IMG/VR virus record: IMGVR_UViG_3300023110_001595
Span: 11,783-75,782 of that record
Length of the DNA: 64,000 bases
Strand: one strand, 5' to 3'
Source of the DNA: a virus
The notes beneath the pieces are model-generated. The model was not told where the DNA came from. It saw nothing but the letters and a program-made list of their open reading frames with translations, and did no database searches. Position numbers and translations under genes: made by a program. Each line of letters opens with the position of its first letter. Positions within the stretch are counted from its first letter, which is position 1. Positions 19,968 through 28,584 of this stretch are shown piece by piece.

Positions 19968-20812
19968 ATATTCTCCAATAAGAAGCCATTGCAATTATCC
20001 AAGCCCCATTGCTTTTCTTGACAGAAAAAACAGTGTCCGCACTCTGGTGGATATTGTCTATTGCGTCTATATTCTTCGCCAAACTCTCTTACATCGCCTT
20101 CGCAACTTCTAGTAAGTTTTAACAAATCCCATTGATTGTAATTATGATACTGTGCCATTGTAAAGTTTTTTCGTAGTAAACCAAATGGATTAATAGCAGG
20201 TCCGCTAATAACCCAATCCCAGTTGTCTTTCATGTATTCTTCGTTACGGAACGTGGGTTCATCTTCAGTAGCAAACGGCGGATTCATAGTGATACCAGTG
20301 TATATTAGATCAATATTGTATCTGTGCATTACGTATTCTTGGAAATCTAATGTACATAACACATCACAGTTTGCTTCCCTTGGTAGTTTTGTAAACAAGT
20401 GTTCTTTGCCTAAACGTGTAAGCGGTACATCTTCAAACTCTGGAGGTAAAAAGCCCCACACTTGTTCTTGTATAATATTTGGAAAACGTGCCTTTAAATA
20501 ATTATACACATCTTCTGCCATTGGTGAAAGCCAAGGCTTTTCTTTCCAAAAACGTACAAGTGTCATACAGTAAATTTTGTTATTGTAATTGTTTTTTTCT
20601 ATGTAATCACAAAGCATATAAGTTAGGATACTACTATCTGCACCACCACTTAAACTAACCAGTAAGTTTTTTGCATTGGGATCAAAATGCACAGGTAATC
20701 CATTTATTCTATGTAACTCAGGATATGGTCTAAACAGTAATTCATAAGTGTCTATAAATTTTTTGTTTTTATATCCTTGTTCTAAATAGTCAAGATAGTG
20801 TTTATCGTCCAT
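19964..20812 (-). CDS. QueC-like PP-loop ATPase (paralogue 4)
   Basis: LSGGADS and TRSCEGD..ECGHCFFCQEK. Start moved to the ATG at 20812 to avoid a long overlap. Confidence 0.8.
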   Translation of the reverse strand: MDDKHYLDYLEQGYKNKKFIDTYELLFRPYPELHRINGLPVHFDPNAKNLLVSLSGGADSSILTYMLCDYIEKNNYNNKIYCMTLVRFWKEKPWLSPMAEDVYNYLKARFPNIIQEQVWGFLPPEFEDVPLTRLGKEHLFTKLPREANCDVLCTLDFQEYVMHRYNIDLIYTGITMNPPFATEDEPTFRNEEYMKDNWDWVISGPAINPFGLLRKNFTMAQYHNYNQWDLLKLTRSCEGDVREFGEEYRRNRQYPPECGHCFFCQEKQWGLDNCNGFLLENI

Positions 20813-22202
20813 CAAATATGTCCTGCATTTTAGGAAATACTTCTGCAAAGCTGTTACCACGTTGTGCATCACATCTTTGTAAAAACTCTTGCATTTCTGG
20901 CAAACGTCTACTCCAGTCTTCACTTTCCATAAAACTTAGCATTCCTTCTAATCTTTTTAATCCATAAGGAGCAACTTTCCATTGATCATAAGTTACTTTA
21001 CCCTTATGCCAACTAGGTACACCTAGTTCCCAATTTTCTTCCCACCAAGGATAAAATTCCTCATACTTTTTACGCACTTCTGCTTTAAACCATTCGGGCA
21101 ATACTTTTACATTAAGGTGTGGAGGATGGTATACAAAGTGATAATTAATACCACCTGCACCAAATGGCCACATATTAATTTTTTTAAACTTTTGCGTTAA
21201 TTTCCATTTTATAAAATCTGGCAAGTAATAAATGTTTAAGGCTTGTACTGCACAAGCAATTGTAATTTCTACATTGTTACTAGTTTCATTATCTAATATA
21301 TGAAATACTTCTTCTGTACGTTGCCACTTACTTGGATAACGTATATAATCATTCATTTCGTGTATGCTATCTACACTATAATGGAATCGTACTAATTTAA
21401 ATTCTTTCCATAGATCAAATAAATCCTCTCTCCATTCAACTCCATTTGAGTTATAACGTAGTTCAAGATCTTTTGCAATACCTTGTCGTATTGCTTCTTC
21501 AAGTATTTCATAATGCTCCTCAATAATAAGACTTTCGCCACCTGCAAAATAAATTTGCTGCATATTTGGCATTTGTTCATAAAACTGTTTCCAAAATACA
21601 GGATTTTGCTTATGCCAATTATAACTACTACCGTTTGTGCTACCTTTGTCTTGCCATTGCATTGTTTCTTTTAACGATTCATTTTGAACTGCTGGAAAAA
21701 TCTTTTTGTAGTCTTTGATCCAACCCGAACTATCATGGGGTGAACACATTACACAAGCAAGTTGACATTTTGTACCAAAACGCAAATCAATATATGCAAG
21801 CTGTGGAGGTACTTCCCCGTCCTCTGTTGTATTAGCAATTAAGTCATCTACATTTACACGCTGACTCCAATATGCAGTTTCCCACATACGTTTACTATTG
21901 TGCCCAGCAGCTTCTTCTTTGTAACATTTTAAACAACTAGGAGGCATTTCTCCATTCATCATTTGTTTACGTACATTTTTCATATACTTGCTGTTCCAAG
22001 CAGTTTGAAAATCTGTAACATTCAAATTATTTGGTTTACCATCATCTGTTTTTAATATGCCAACTTGTCCGCCGTGTTCTTTGTCGTTGGTTGGTCCAAC
22101 ACTTGATGCATTTGCTGTACAGCAAACTCTCATACTACCGTCGGGTCTTGTGCTTAGATGCACCCAAGGAAGGATGCAAAAGGTATCGCTTACTTTACTC
22201 AT
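20802..22202 (-). CDS. Radical SAM enzyme with N-terminal Twitch domain (subfamily C)
   Basis: CILPW..GSMRVCC..CLKC, CQLACVMC and FAGGE. Confidence 0.9.
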   Translation of the reverse strand: MSKVSDTFCILPWVHLSTRPDGSMRVCCTANASSVGPTNDKEHGGQVGILKTDDGKPNNLNVTDFQTAWNSKYMKNVRKQMMNGEMPPSCLKCYKEEAAGHNSKRMWETAYWSQRVNVDDLIANTTEDGEVPPQLAYIDLRFGTKCQLACVMCSPHDSSGWIKDYKKIFPAVQNESLKETMQWQDKGSTNGSSYNWHKQNPVFWKQFYEQMPNMQQIYFAGGESLIIEEHYEILEEAIRQGIAKDLELRYNSNGVEWREDLFDLWKEFKLVRFHYSVDSIHEMNDYIRYPSKWQRTEEVFHILDNETSNNVEITIACAVQALNIYYLPDFIKWKLTQKFKKINMWPFGAGGINYHFVYHPPHLNVKVLPEWFKAEVRKKYEEFYPWWEENWELGVPSWHKGKVTYDQWKVAPYGLKRLEGMLSFMESEDWSRRLPEMQEFLQRCDAQRGNSFAEVFPKMQDIFDGR

Positions 22203-22206
22203 ACTG

Positions 22207-22214
22207 TACTTACC
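22207..22214 (-). promoter_or_regulatory. Putative late promoter GGTAAGTA, 4 nt before the ATG
   Basis: Recurrent motif in a short intergenic gap; no RBS between the motif and the ATG. Confidence 0.55.
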
Positions 22215-22244
22215 TAATTATATACATACTTTATGATTATATGA

Positions 22245-23315
22245 TCATTTCCTTGTTTCGTTGGTTTCAACATAGTATAGCTCATTGTGATATGCTTTGT
22301 TTTTTGCACAAGTTTTTATACATCTAGTCAAATGTAAAGGATGCCCAGGTGTCCAACTAGCTTCCAAAAGTTTTTTATACCATTCATGATTTAAAATGTC
22401 ATCTAAACTATGTTTTTGCAAACTATTCCATCCATCGTTAAAATAGTTTAATTTGTCTACAATTTTTTCAGAATTTTTAAAAACACTATCCCATAAAAAA
22501 CAACAAGGCCAGACAGTTAAATCATTTGCAATAAAAATTTCTTGTTCGTGAACATATTTACAAGTGATTGTATCAATAATATTTTTTACTTTTTCTTGGT
22601 TAGTGTCACGCTTTTTTGTTTTGTATTCCAAAATAAATTTATCTAATTCTTTTGCTACATCTTTTTGTTTGTGTTCTTTACTTCCAGTGGTAGTAATTAC
22701 TTTTGTTTCTTTATTGTTTTTCTTACCAATATGAGATATCCATTGATGGTAACTGTTACGCATACCTGTTCTAGTTGCAAAATCAAAACCTAATACAGCA
22801 GCGTGAGCTCGTGCTGTTACCAAATCTTTTTCGTTATGATCAAATTCAATAAACACCCACGTGGCGTGTTGTTCTGGTGCATTTTCTGCAAATGCTATCA
22901 TATTACGTTCTATTGTTGACCATTTTGTATTCACTCTATAAATATGATTAGTATCTTTGTGTCCATCAACACAAAAATGTACGTGCAATTTACCTATATA
23001 TTTTTGAGCTAATTTTCCTAAATCTATCCACCATTGTTGACTGTTATATCCTCCGTTTGTGCTGTATTCACAATAAGCATTTCTTTCTAAAAGATATTCA
23101 GTCATTTTATAACAATCAGGATTAACTATTGGATCTCCTAACACACCGCAAAACTTAAATTCAACACCATTGTAATTATCATTTGGAAAAATTCTTTTTA
23201 GGTCTTCAAAAGTAAAAGAATTAACTTTTAAATGATTACTATGCAAAGTTCTTGCACAGCCTGGACAAGCTGCATTACAATCACTAGTAATTTCTAGTTC
23301 CACTTTTTGTATCAT
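22245..23315 (-). CDS. Radical SAM enzyme with C-terminal Twitch domain (subfamily B)
   Basis: CNAACPGC, GVLGDP, TNGG, VDG..DTNHIYR and C..VWPCC..CIKTC. Confidence 0.9.
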   Translation of the reverse strand: MIQKVELEITSDCNAACPGCARTLHSNHLKVNSFTFEDLKRIFPNDNYNGVEFKFCGVLGDPIVNPDCYKMTEYLLERNAYCEYSTNGGYNSQQWWIDLGKLAQKYIGKLHVHFCVDGHKDTNHIYRVNTKWSTIERNMIAFAENAPEQHATWVFIEFDHNEKDLVTARAHAAVLGFDFATRTGMRNSYHQWISHIGKKNNKETKVITTTGSKEHKQKDVAKELDKFILEYKTKKRDTNQEKVKNIIDTITCKYVHEQEIFIANDLTVWPCCFLWDSVFKNSEKIVDKLNYFNDGWNSLQKHSLDDILNHEWYKKLLEASWTPGHPLHLTRCIKTCAKNKAYHNELYYVETNETRK

Positions 23316-24391
23316 TTAAATTGTGCTCCAAACGGATCAAACTCTTTACCGCACTTCATACTACAAACTTTTAATTTGCCATCTGCACAACTAGGCTTGT
23401 TCCAACTGGCTTCTATGTTATCAAATATACCTGTATCAAACACTGCACGTAATCCGTGTGTCTTAGCATCGATTGCATTTTTGCCGCCTACGTCATCAAT
23501 GAAGTCCCATACTTGTTCTACTTTAGGATCTTTGTGCCACCATTTATACATACGTCCAGCAGTCCAACAACAAGGCATTGCAAGTCCTTCTGCTGTTATA
23601 AACAAGTTGCCTTCGTCTTTGACTTTACATTGTATTTCTGCTCTGTCATAGTATGCATCCATTGTACCGTGTTTGCTTTTTACCTGGTCATATTGTTTTA
23701 TAGCTTGGTTTTGATATTTTTCATCTGGCTTCTTAAGTTGTGCAGTCTTGTTTCCTTTTTTATCTACTGCTTGATGTGACTCTTTCTTTTCACTACTAGC
23801 AGTTACAAATCTACCTGTTTTTTTAGATACAAATCTTTCAAAGCCCATACGTTCACTGATTTCTCTTGCTTCTTCAACTTGATGTTGATTATGCTCAAAA
23901 ATTAGGAAATCCCAACGTGCCCTTCCTCCGGCAGCAATAAAACTACGCATTGCTCGTTCTACATTATCCCATACAACACCCTGCCTGTATAGATGATTAG
24001 TGTCACTAAGACCATCCACGCTAAAAATAACAGTGCCCATCCTGCCGTAGATTTTGGCCAATTCAGCCCACCATGCTTCATCTCTTGCTCCTGCGTTTGT
24101 ATTCATGCTGAGCCACATATCTTTGTTGTGTTCTCTAAAATATTTGAATATTTCAAGTGTATCTCGTGCAACAATAGGATCTCCTAAATTGCCACACATA
24201 TACATTGTTTTTAATTGTGCAATAAACTCTGGTTCAAATATACGTTTACAATCTTCTAGTGTAAGTTCATTCAAATCTATATGCGGATTTAATGCGCCTC
24301 CGTTTTGATTACGATCACACATAGGGCAATTAGCCTGACAGTTTTGTGTATTTTCTAAGTGTATACTTCTTATATCTTCATACTTATACAT
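23312..24391 (-). CDS. Radical SAM enzyme with C-terminal Twitch domain (subfamily B)
   Basis: CQANCPMC, GNLGDP, FSVDGL.DTNHLYR and C..AMPCC..CSMKC. Confidence 0.9.
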   Translation of the reverse strand: MYKYEDIRSIHLENTQNCQANCPMCDRNQNGGALNPHIDLNELTLEDCKRIFEPEFIAQLKTMYMCGNLGDPIVARDTLEIFKYFREHNKDMWLSMNTNAGARDEAWWAELAKIYGRMGTVIFSVDGLSDTNHLYRQGVVWDNVERAMRSFIAAGGRARWDFLIFEHNQHQVEEAREISERMGFERFVSKKTGRFVTASSEKKESHQAVDKKGNKTAQLKKPDEKYQNQAIKQYDQVKSKHGTMDAYYDRAEIQCKVKDEGNLFITAEGLAMPCCWTAGRMYKWWHKDPKVEQVWDFIDDVGGKNAIDAKTHGLRAVFDTGIFDNIEASWNKPSCADGKLKVCSMKCGKEFDPFGAQFK

Positions 24392-25115
24392 AATATTTGC
24401 CTATAAAATTTAAAATTTCTTCATTTGTTTTAGGTCCGATATGCTGATTATCAAACGCTGTGTCTAGTCTGATAATGTGAGATACATTAAAAGCAGCAGC
24501 AGTAAAATCCTCTAAGGCAAATTCTACTGTTTTAATGTTAAATAAATTTAACATTTTTATAGTTGTTTCCTTTGCCCATAAAGAATTATATTCTATTAAA
24601 TTTCCATATCGCATTAAAGATTTAAATATTTTTGATCTGCCTCCTTCTGCAAGTATGCTTGCAACTGAAGGTGTATTACCTTCATAAGGAAAACATAGTC
24701 TCATTTGCTTTGGCCATTGTATAACAACTAATTTAGGTAATTTTATTTCAGATGTTACTAAATTTAAAACATTCATTAGAATAATATTTGTACTGCCGCC
24801 GGAAATTCCTAAATTATACACTGGAATATTTAATTTATCTTCTAACAAATTACTGTATCTTTCTTTTTCATATTGAAACAATCCGTATGTATTACTGCAA
24901 CCGAATGCTAATGCGTAGTCATTGTTAAACTGAAATTCTGGTGTTCTATATCCAAAAGTATTTGTGTTATAATATATAGGATTTTTTGATAGATTTGCAT
25001 AGTGCCAATTATCGCCTCTACGTTTTTTTTGCTTGTTCCAAGTATGTTCGTCTACAGAATTATCCCAATTCTTAATAGACTTTTTAATTCCAACTTTAAG
25101 AAAAGGACTAGACAT
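24384..25115 (-). CDS. SGNH/GDSL-like protein
   Basis: FGCSNTYG, NLGISGGS and DNQHIG. GGAG RBS before the ATG at 25115. Confidence 0.7.
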   Translation of the reverse strand: MSSPFLKVGIKKSIKNWDNSVDEHTWNKQKKRRGDNWHYANLSKNPIYYNTNTFGYRTPEFQFNNDYALAFGCSNTYGLFQYEKERYSNLLEDKLNIPVYNLGISGGSTNIILMNVLNLVTSEIKLPKLVVIQWPKQMRLCFPYEGNTPSVASILAEGGRSKIFKSLMRYGNLIEYNSLWAKETTIKMLNLFNIKTVEFALEDFTAAAFNVSHIIRLDTAFDNQHIGPKTNEEILNFIGKYYV

Positions 25116-26247
25116 TTTGACTCCTTGCATAAAGTAATAATGCTTCCTTTAATGTATTTTTTCTGCGACTAAGTCTATATAATTCTAAATTATATTTTAA
25201 AGCATAATGCATTTCTTTCCGTATATCTAATAAACTTGCTGTGTCATATTTTTTAAGTTTGTTTAAGTTATCAATAATTATTTTTATTCTGTGTTCAATA
25301 GGATAATCGTTATCGTAGCTTTCATTCCACCAATACTCAAAAGTTATATATCCTTTATTCCTTAATTCTTGTATTATGCCAGGATTACCTAAAGTCATAA
25401 AAGGCATTCCAATACCCAACGGTTTATAAACTTTTTCACTGAGCAAAAGTCTATCATTTTCCACATCGGTCTCTGTATTTAAGAACAAAAAACTTTCACT
25501 ACATTCTTTTGGAACAGAGTTGGTAGGCATTGTACTACTCAAATCCGTTATATCTAATACATCAAATTTCATTCTATCAATTTGAGTATTTGGATACATT
25601 TTTTTATAAAATTGGAATTCGTCAAATACATTTCCCCAAGTATTATAACCGTCGTGAAAAAGATTTTTTGCTATCAATTGATCTAATAGTAAACAACGAT
25701 GGTATCTAGCTACTCTAGTAAGATTTATATATAATTTTTTTGGATTATATTCAACTACATCGTCGTAAGGTTGAAAACGATTCTTCCATCTATCATCGTA
25801 AAAAGATTTTCCGTGTTTGCTGTCAAATTTTTTATCAACTGTAACAGCAAAAAATTTTATATAAGGATATTTAACAATAAAGTAATCAAGGGTCTCGGCG
25901 TGTGTTTTTGGACATTCCATAATTTCACCAATGCACACATGAACATTAGGCAAAGACAAAAAATTTTTATTTTCGTTTAAAAAAATGTCAAATTTATTTT
26001 TCCAACGTTCCACTTTTTCAATTTTGTCATTTTTAATGTAAGGAACTTGAACAATATAAAATTTATCTTCTCTGTAAGTTTTTGTGTAATCAACTTCGTC
26101 AACACTATCGTTGAAATCTGCAATTACATCCATTAAAATATAATTATACCAAGGAGCACGTAAGGCACGGTTATAAACTGTTATACCTCTATCATCAAAA
26201 AATTCATAATGTTTTTTGCCGAGGTATTTCATTACAATTTTAGTCAT
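25108..26247 (-). CDS. Putative glycosyltransferase-like protein (remote GT10-type C-terminus)
   Basis: R..HR, TET..LSEKVYKP..PFM..G..GY..ESYD pattern; weak assignment. Confidence 0.4.
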   Translation of the reverse strand: MTKIVMKYLGKKHYEFFDDRGITVYNRALRAPWYNYILMDVIADFNDSVDEVDYTKTYREDKFYIVQVPYIKNDKIEKVERWKNKFDIFLNENKNFLSLPNVHVCIGEIMECPKTHAETLDYFIVKYPYIKFFAVTVDKKFDSKHGKSFYDDRWKNRFQPYDDVVEYNPKKLYINLTRVARYHRCLLLDQLIAKNLFHDGYNTWGNVFDEFQFYKKMYPNTQIDRMKFDVLDITDLSSTMPTNSVPKECSESFLFLNTETDVENDRLLLSEKVYKPLGIGMPFMTLGNPGIIQELRNKGYITFEYWWNESYDNDYPIEHRIKIIIDNLNKLKKYDTASLLDIRKEMHYALKYNLELYRLSRRKNTLKEALLLYARSQNV

Positions 26248-26464
26248 CTAAAATTAACCTAACATCTTTTCCAGGACTTGTTTTGCTAGGTAAACCTCCA
26301 TACTGCTCTATGTACCATTCAATAACAGCCTTATACCAGTTTTGACTGTTATGATGTGCTTTTTTATTAAACTGCCAAATATTGTTATTTGTTGCTTGCA
26401 TTGTGCTCAATGCTCTAGCACTTTCTTTTTGTAATTGTCTTACATCTAAATCATTTATATCCAA
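26240..26464 (-). CDS. Small hypothetical protein (74 aa)
   Basis: Overlaps both neighbouring genes in the operon, consistent with translational coupling. Confidence 0.7.
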   Translation of the reverse strand: MDINDLDVRQLQKESARALSTMQATNNNIWQFNKKAHHNSQNWYKAVIEWYIEQYGGLPSKTSPGKDVRLILDD

Positions 26465-27491
26465 TTTTCATAAACCTTTTGTACTGTGTCAAATCTAGTT
26501 CACCTTCATATAAAACATTAGACATTGGTGTTTTTTTGCTAAATTCTTCTAACGTTTTGCTGCAATTAACGTGTTCTTTAATTTCAAAATAATTATTATT
26601 TTGTAATACTATTAGTTGACCTGGAATAATTTTACTATACCAATCTTGAAAATCTTCAATATGTTCAGTGCTGGTATTTATAATTGTATTAGGATAACTC
26701 CATAGAGTTTCAATGGTACCGTTATTTTTTTCTACGTCATATATGTGTTCGTCAAATCGTAGTTCATGTATGTCTTGTGTACAGGATTTAAATTTCCATT
26801 CGTTTATAATCCAAGGTTTGTTAAAAATATTTGAAATTTGTAAAGTACTTGGGTCTATATCGAAACTTATAATTTCATCTACATTAATGTCAGATTCAAA
26901 AATCATAGTAGCTAATGTTGCATACCATCCTGCACATAAAAATACAACACCTAAATCTCTGTTAATTTCTTTTAATTTTTCAACTAGCCATTGTTTACTT
27001 TTTATTTGTCCTCTGCTGAGGCAATCTTTATCAAATTCAATATTATTTGTTATTAGATCTTTTAGAGCTTTTACAAAATGACTATCTGTATGTTTTTCTA
27101 GTATCCTAAACATACTCCACATATTGTCATCTAATATTAGTTTTTTTAAATCTTCGTCGCCAATCATTCTAAAAATACTGTGTATATTATTTTCGGTTAC
27201 TGATTTTCTTAAATCTTCGTTTCCTGGTAGTAATCTAAATAAACTGTGTAAATTATTTTCTAAAACTGCTTTACGCAAATCTTCCAAATCGCCTATGCAT
27301 CTTTTGTTTTCAACAATTCTAAAAATACTATGTATATTATTTTCTAAAACAGCTTTACGTAATTCTTCATTGTCACTTAATTTCAGAATGCTATGCAAAT
27401 CTTCATCAACATATGATCTACGTAATAATTCGAAATTTGTATCGTTTTTATTTAATATTTCAAATCTATCTAGTACTTCAAATATTTCCAT
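26451..27491 (-). CDS. Class I SAM-methyltransferase-like protein with N-terminal helical repeats
   Basis: C-terminal VVFLCAGWY..SFDID..IINTSTEH; five ~19-aa repeats in the N-terminal third. Confidence 0.55.
   Translation of the reverse strand: MEIFEVLDRFEILNKNDTNFELLRRSYVDEDLHSILKLSDNEELRKAVLENNIHSIFRIVENKRCIGDLEDLRKAVLENNLHSLFRLLPGNEDLRKSVTENNIHSIFRMIGDEDLKKLILDDNMWSMFRILEKHTDSHFVKALKDLITNNIEFDKDCLSRGQIKSKQWLVEKLKEINRDLGVVFLCAGWYATLATMIFESDINVDEIISFDIDPSTLQISNIFNKPWIINEWKFKSCTQDIHELRFDEHIYDVEKNNGTIETLWSYPNTIINTSTEHIEDFQDWYSKIIPGQLIVLQNNNYFEIKEHVNCSKTLEEFSKKTPMSNVLYEGELDLTQYKRFMKIGYK
27099..27432 (-). repeat. Intragenic tandem repeat E(D/E)LRK(A/S)V.ENN(I/L)HS(I/L)FR, 5 copies
   Basis: Visible in protein and DNA: attctaaaaatact(a/g)tgtatattattttc occurs near 27166 and 27316. 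Confidence 0.85.
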
Positions 27492-28512
27492 CAAATTTTT
27501 CCTTAAGCCAATCAAAGTCATTAATTAAACGTAATTCATCTGGTTTGTTTTTGTTTCTTGCGCCATATGATGCACCTGCTTTTGCTCCAATAAGAGCATA
27601 TTCTCCAAATTTAGGATCACCTTCAATATATGTACACCAAGTTCTTAAACGTTCATTTGTTTCTTGGCTTTTTTGCCTATCAATTACTTTACTACTTAGT
27701 TTACAACATTCTCTAAAAGCACTCTTCCACGTATTAAAAGGATCTGTGTTAAAGGCTGTAACGTTAGATATTTTATTCATTGCTACAAATTTATCACTAA
27801 CACTTGTTGTCATATCTGGTTTACTTACATCCATAACAAGAGTTTTTTCTGTTGGAAAAAGTTTCACTCCGCCATATCCATATACTAGTCCATTAACTGG
27901 ATTCATACTGCGCCATACGTGTACGGCTTGCTTATTGTGATGTTCTGGAATATAATCAAAAGAAAATTCGTCTGTTAGTTGTGCATCACCATCTATGATC
28001 CAAAACATATCAGTTTCACACAAACTTGCAGCAGCAATATGAGCTTGATGTATTCCTTTGACACCGTGTATACGTTTTACATCTGGAAAACGTGCTAAAA
28101 CACGTTCATAATTTTCATCAGCATTAGGTTCATTGTAACTTATAAAAACTTTATCAAAATTTGAGATAACAGGTTTACTTGCTTGAATAGGTACGAATTT
28201 TTTGTTTATATAAAATCTTGCTTTTAATTCACCAGGTCCATGATGACTGTTTTTTGGCATTAAACACACACCGTCATAAAAGTCACCATTCTTAAATACG
28301 TGAGTATATGTGTTGTTATATTCATCAACTGTATAATTAAAATCAAAGTCTTCGTCAACCACAAGGTTATCATAAACAATCCAAAGCATTTTTGTAAGAC
28401 TTTTACGTTTTGCTTGTGGAACATTTTCAGCATATTTTGCTGTGGGAAATCTAGTTTTTAGTTTTGTGAATTGTAACTCAGACGGATTGCCAATATAAAA
28501 AATATCATACAT
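27478..28512 (-). CDS. GT-A-like glycosyltransferase with a degenerate duplicated N-terminal domain
   Basis: FISYNEPNADENY..HGVKGIHQAHIAAA..FWIIDGD..GYGGVKL..WKSAFRE; the N-terminal half echoes the same motifs (LWIVYDN..FDFNY). Confidence 0.65.
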   Translation of the reverse strand: MYDIFYIGNPSELQFTKLKTRFPTAKYAENVPQAKRKSLTKMLWIVYDNLVVDEDFDFNYTVDEYNNTYTHVFKNGDFYDGVCLMPKNSHHGPGELKARFYINKKFVPIQASKPVISNFDKVFISYNEPNADENYERVLARFPDVKRIHGVKGIHQAHIAAASLCETDMFWIIDGDAQLTDEFSFDYIPEHHNKQAVHVWRSMNPVNGLVYGYGGVKLFPTEKTLVMDVSKPDMTTSVSDKFVAMNKISNVTAFNTDPFNTWKSAFRECCKLSSKVIDRQKSQETNERLRTWCTYIEGDPKFGEYALIGAKAGASYGARNKNKPDELRLINDFDWLKEKFDGNI

Positions 28513-28518
28513 ACAGTA

Positions 28519-28547
28519 ATTATATGAGATTTGTATTCTAATGTCAA
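28519..28547 (-). promoter_or_regulatory. Consensus sigma70 promoter TTGACA-17-TATAAT heading the main enzyme operon, probably leaderless
   Basis: -35 at 28542-28547, -10 at 28519-28524, ATG 6 nt downstream. Confidence 0.85.
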
Positions 28548-28559
28548 TATTAGATTTTA

Positions 28560-28567
28560 GATAAATA
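28560..28567 (+). promoter_or_regulatory. Putative late promoter GATAAATA
   Basis: Upstream of the GGAGG RBS and ATG at 28585 of a fibre-like gene. Confidence 0.6.
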
Positions 28568-28584
28568 TTAGGACGGAGGACGTT

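Noticed and set aside
19964-20923. ORF-track N-terminal extensions (20923, 19994, 17312, 27521, 25130, 1701)
   Set aside because: Most create long overlaps with upstream genes; downstream ATGs with an RBS or stop/start coupling are better starts.
7791-22202. Canonical 7-deazaguanine (preQ0/dpdA) DNA-modification cluster
   Set aside because: No FolE, QueD or DpdA/TGT is recognisable. The radical SAM proteins are longer than QueE and carry Twitch domains. The pathway cannot be excluded elsewhere in the genome.
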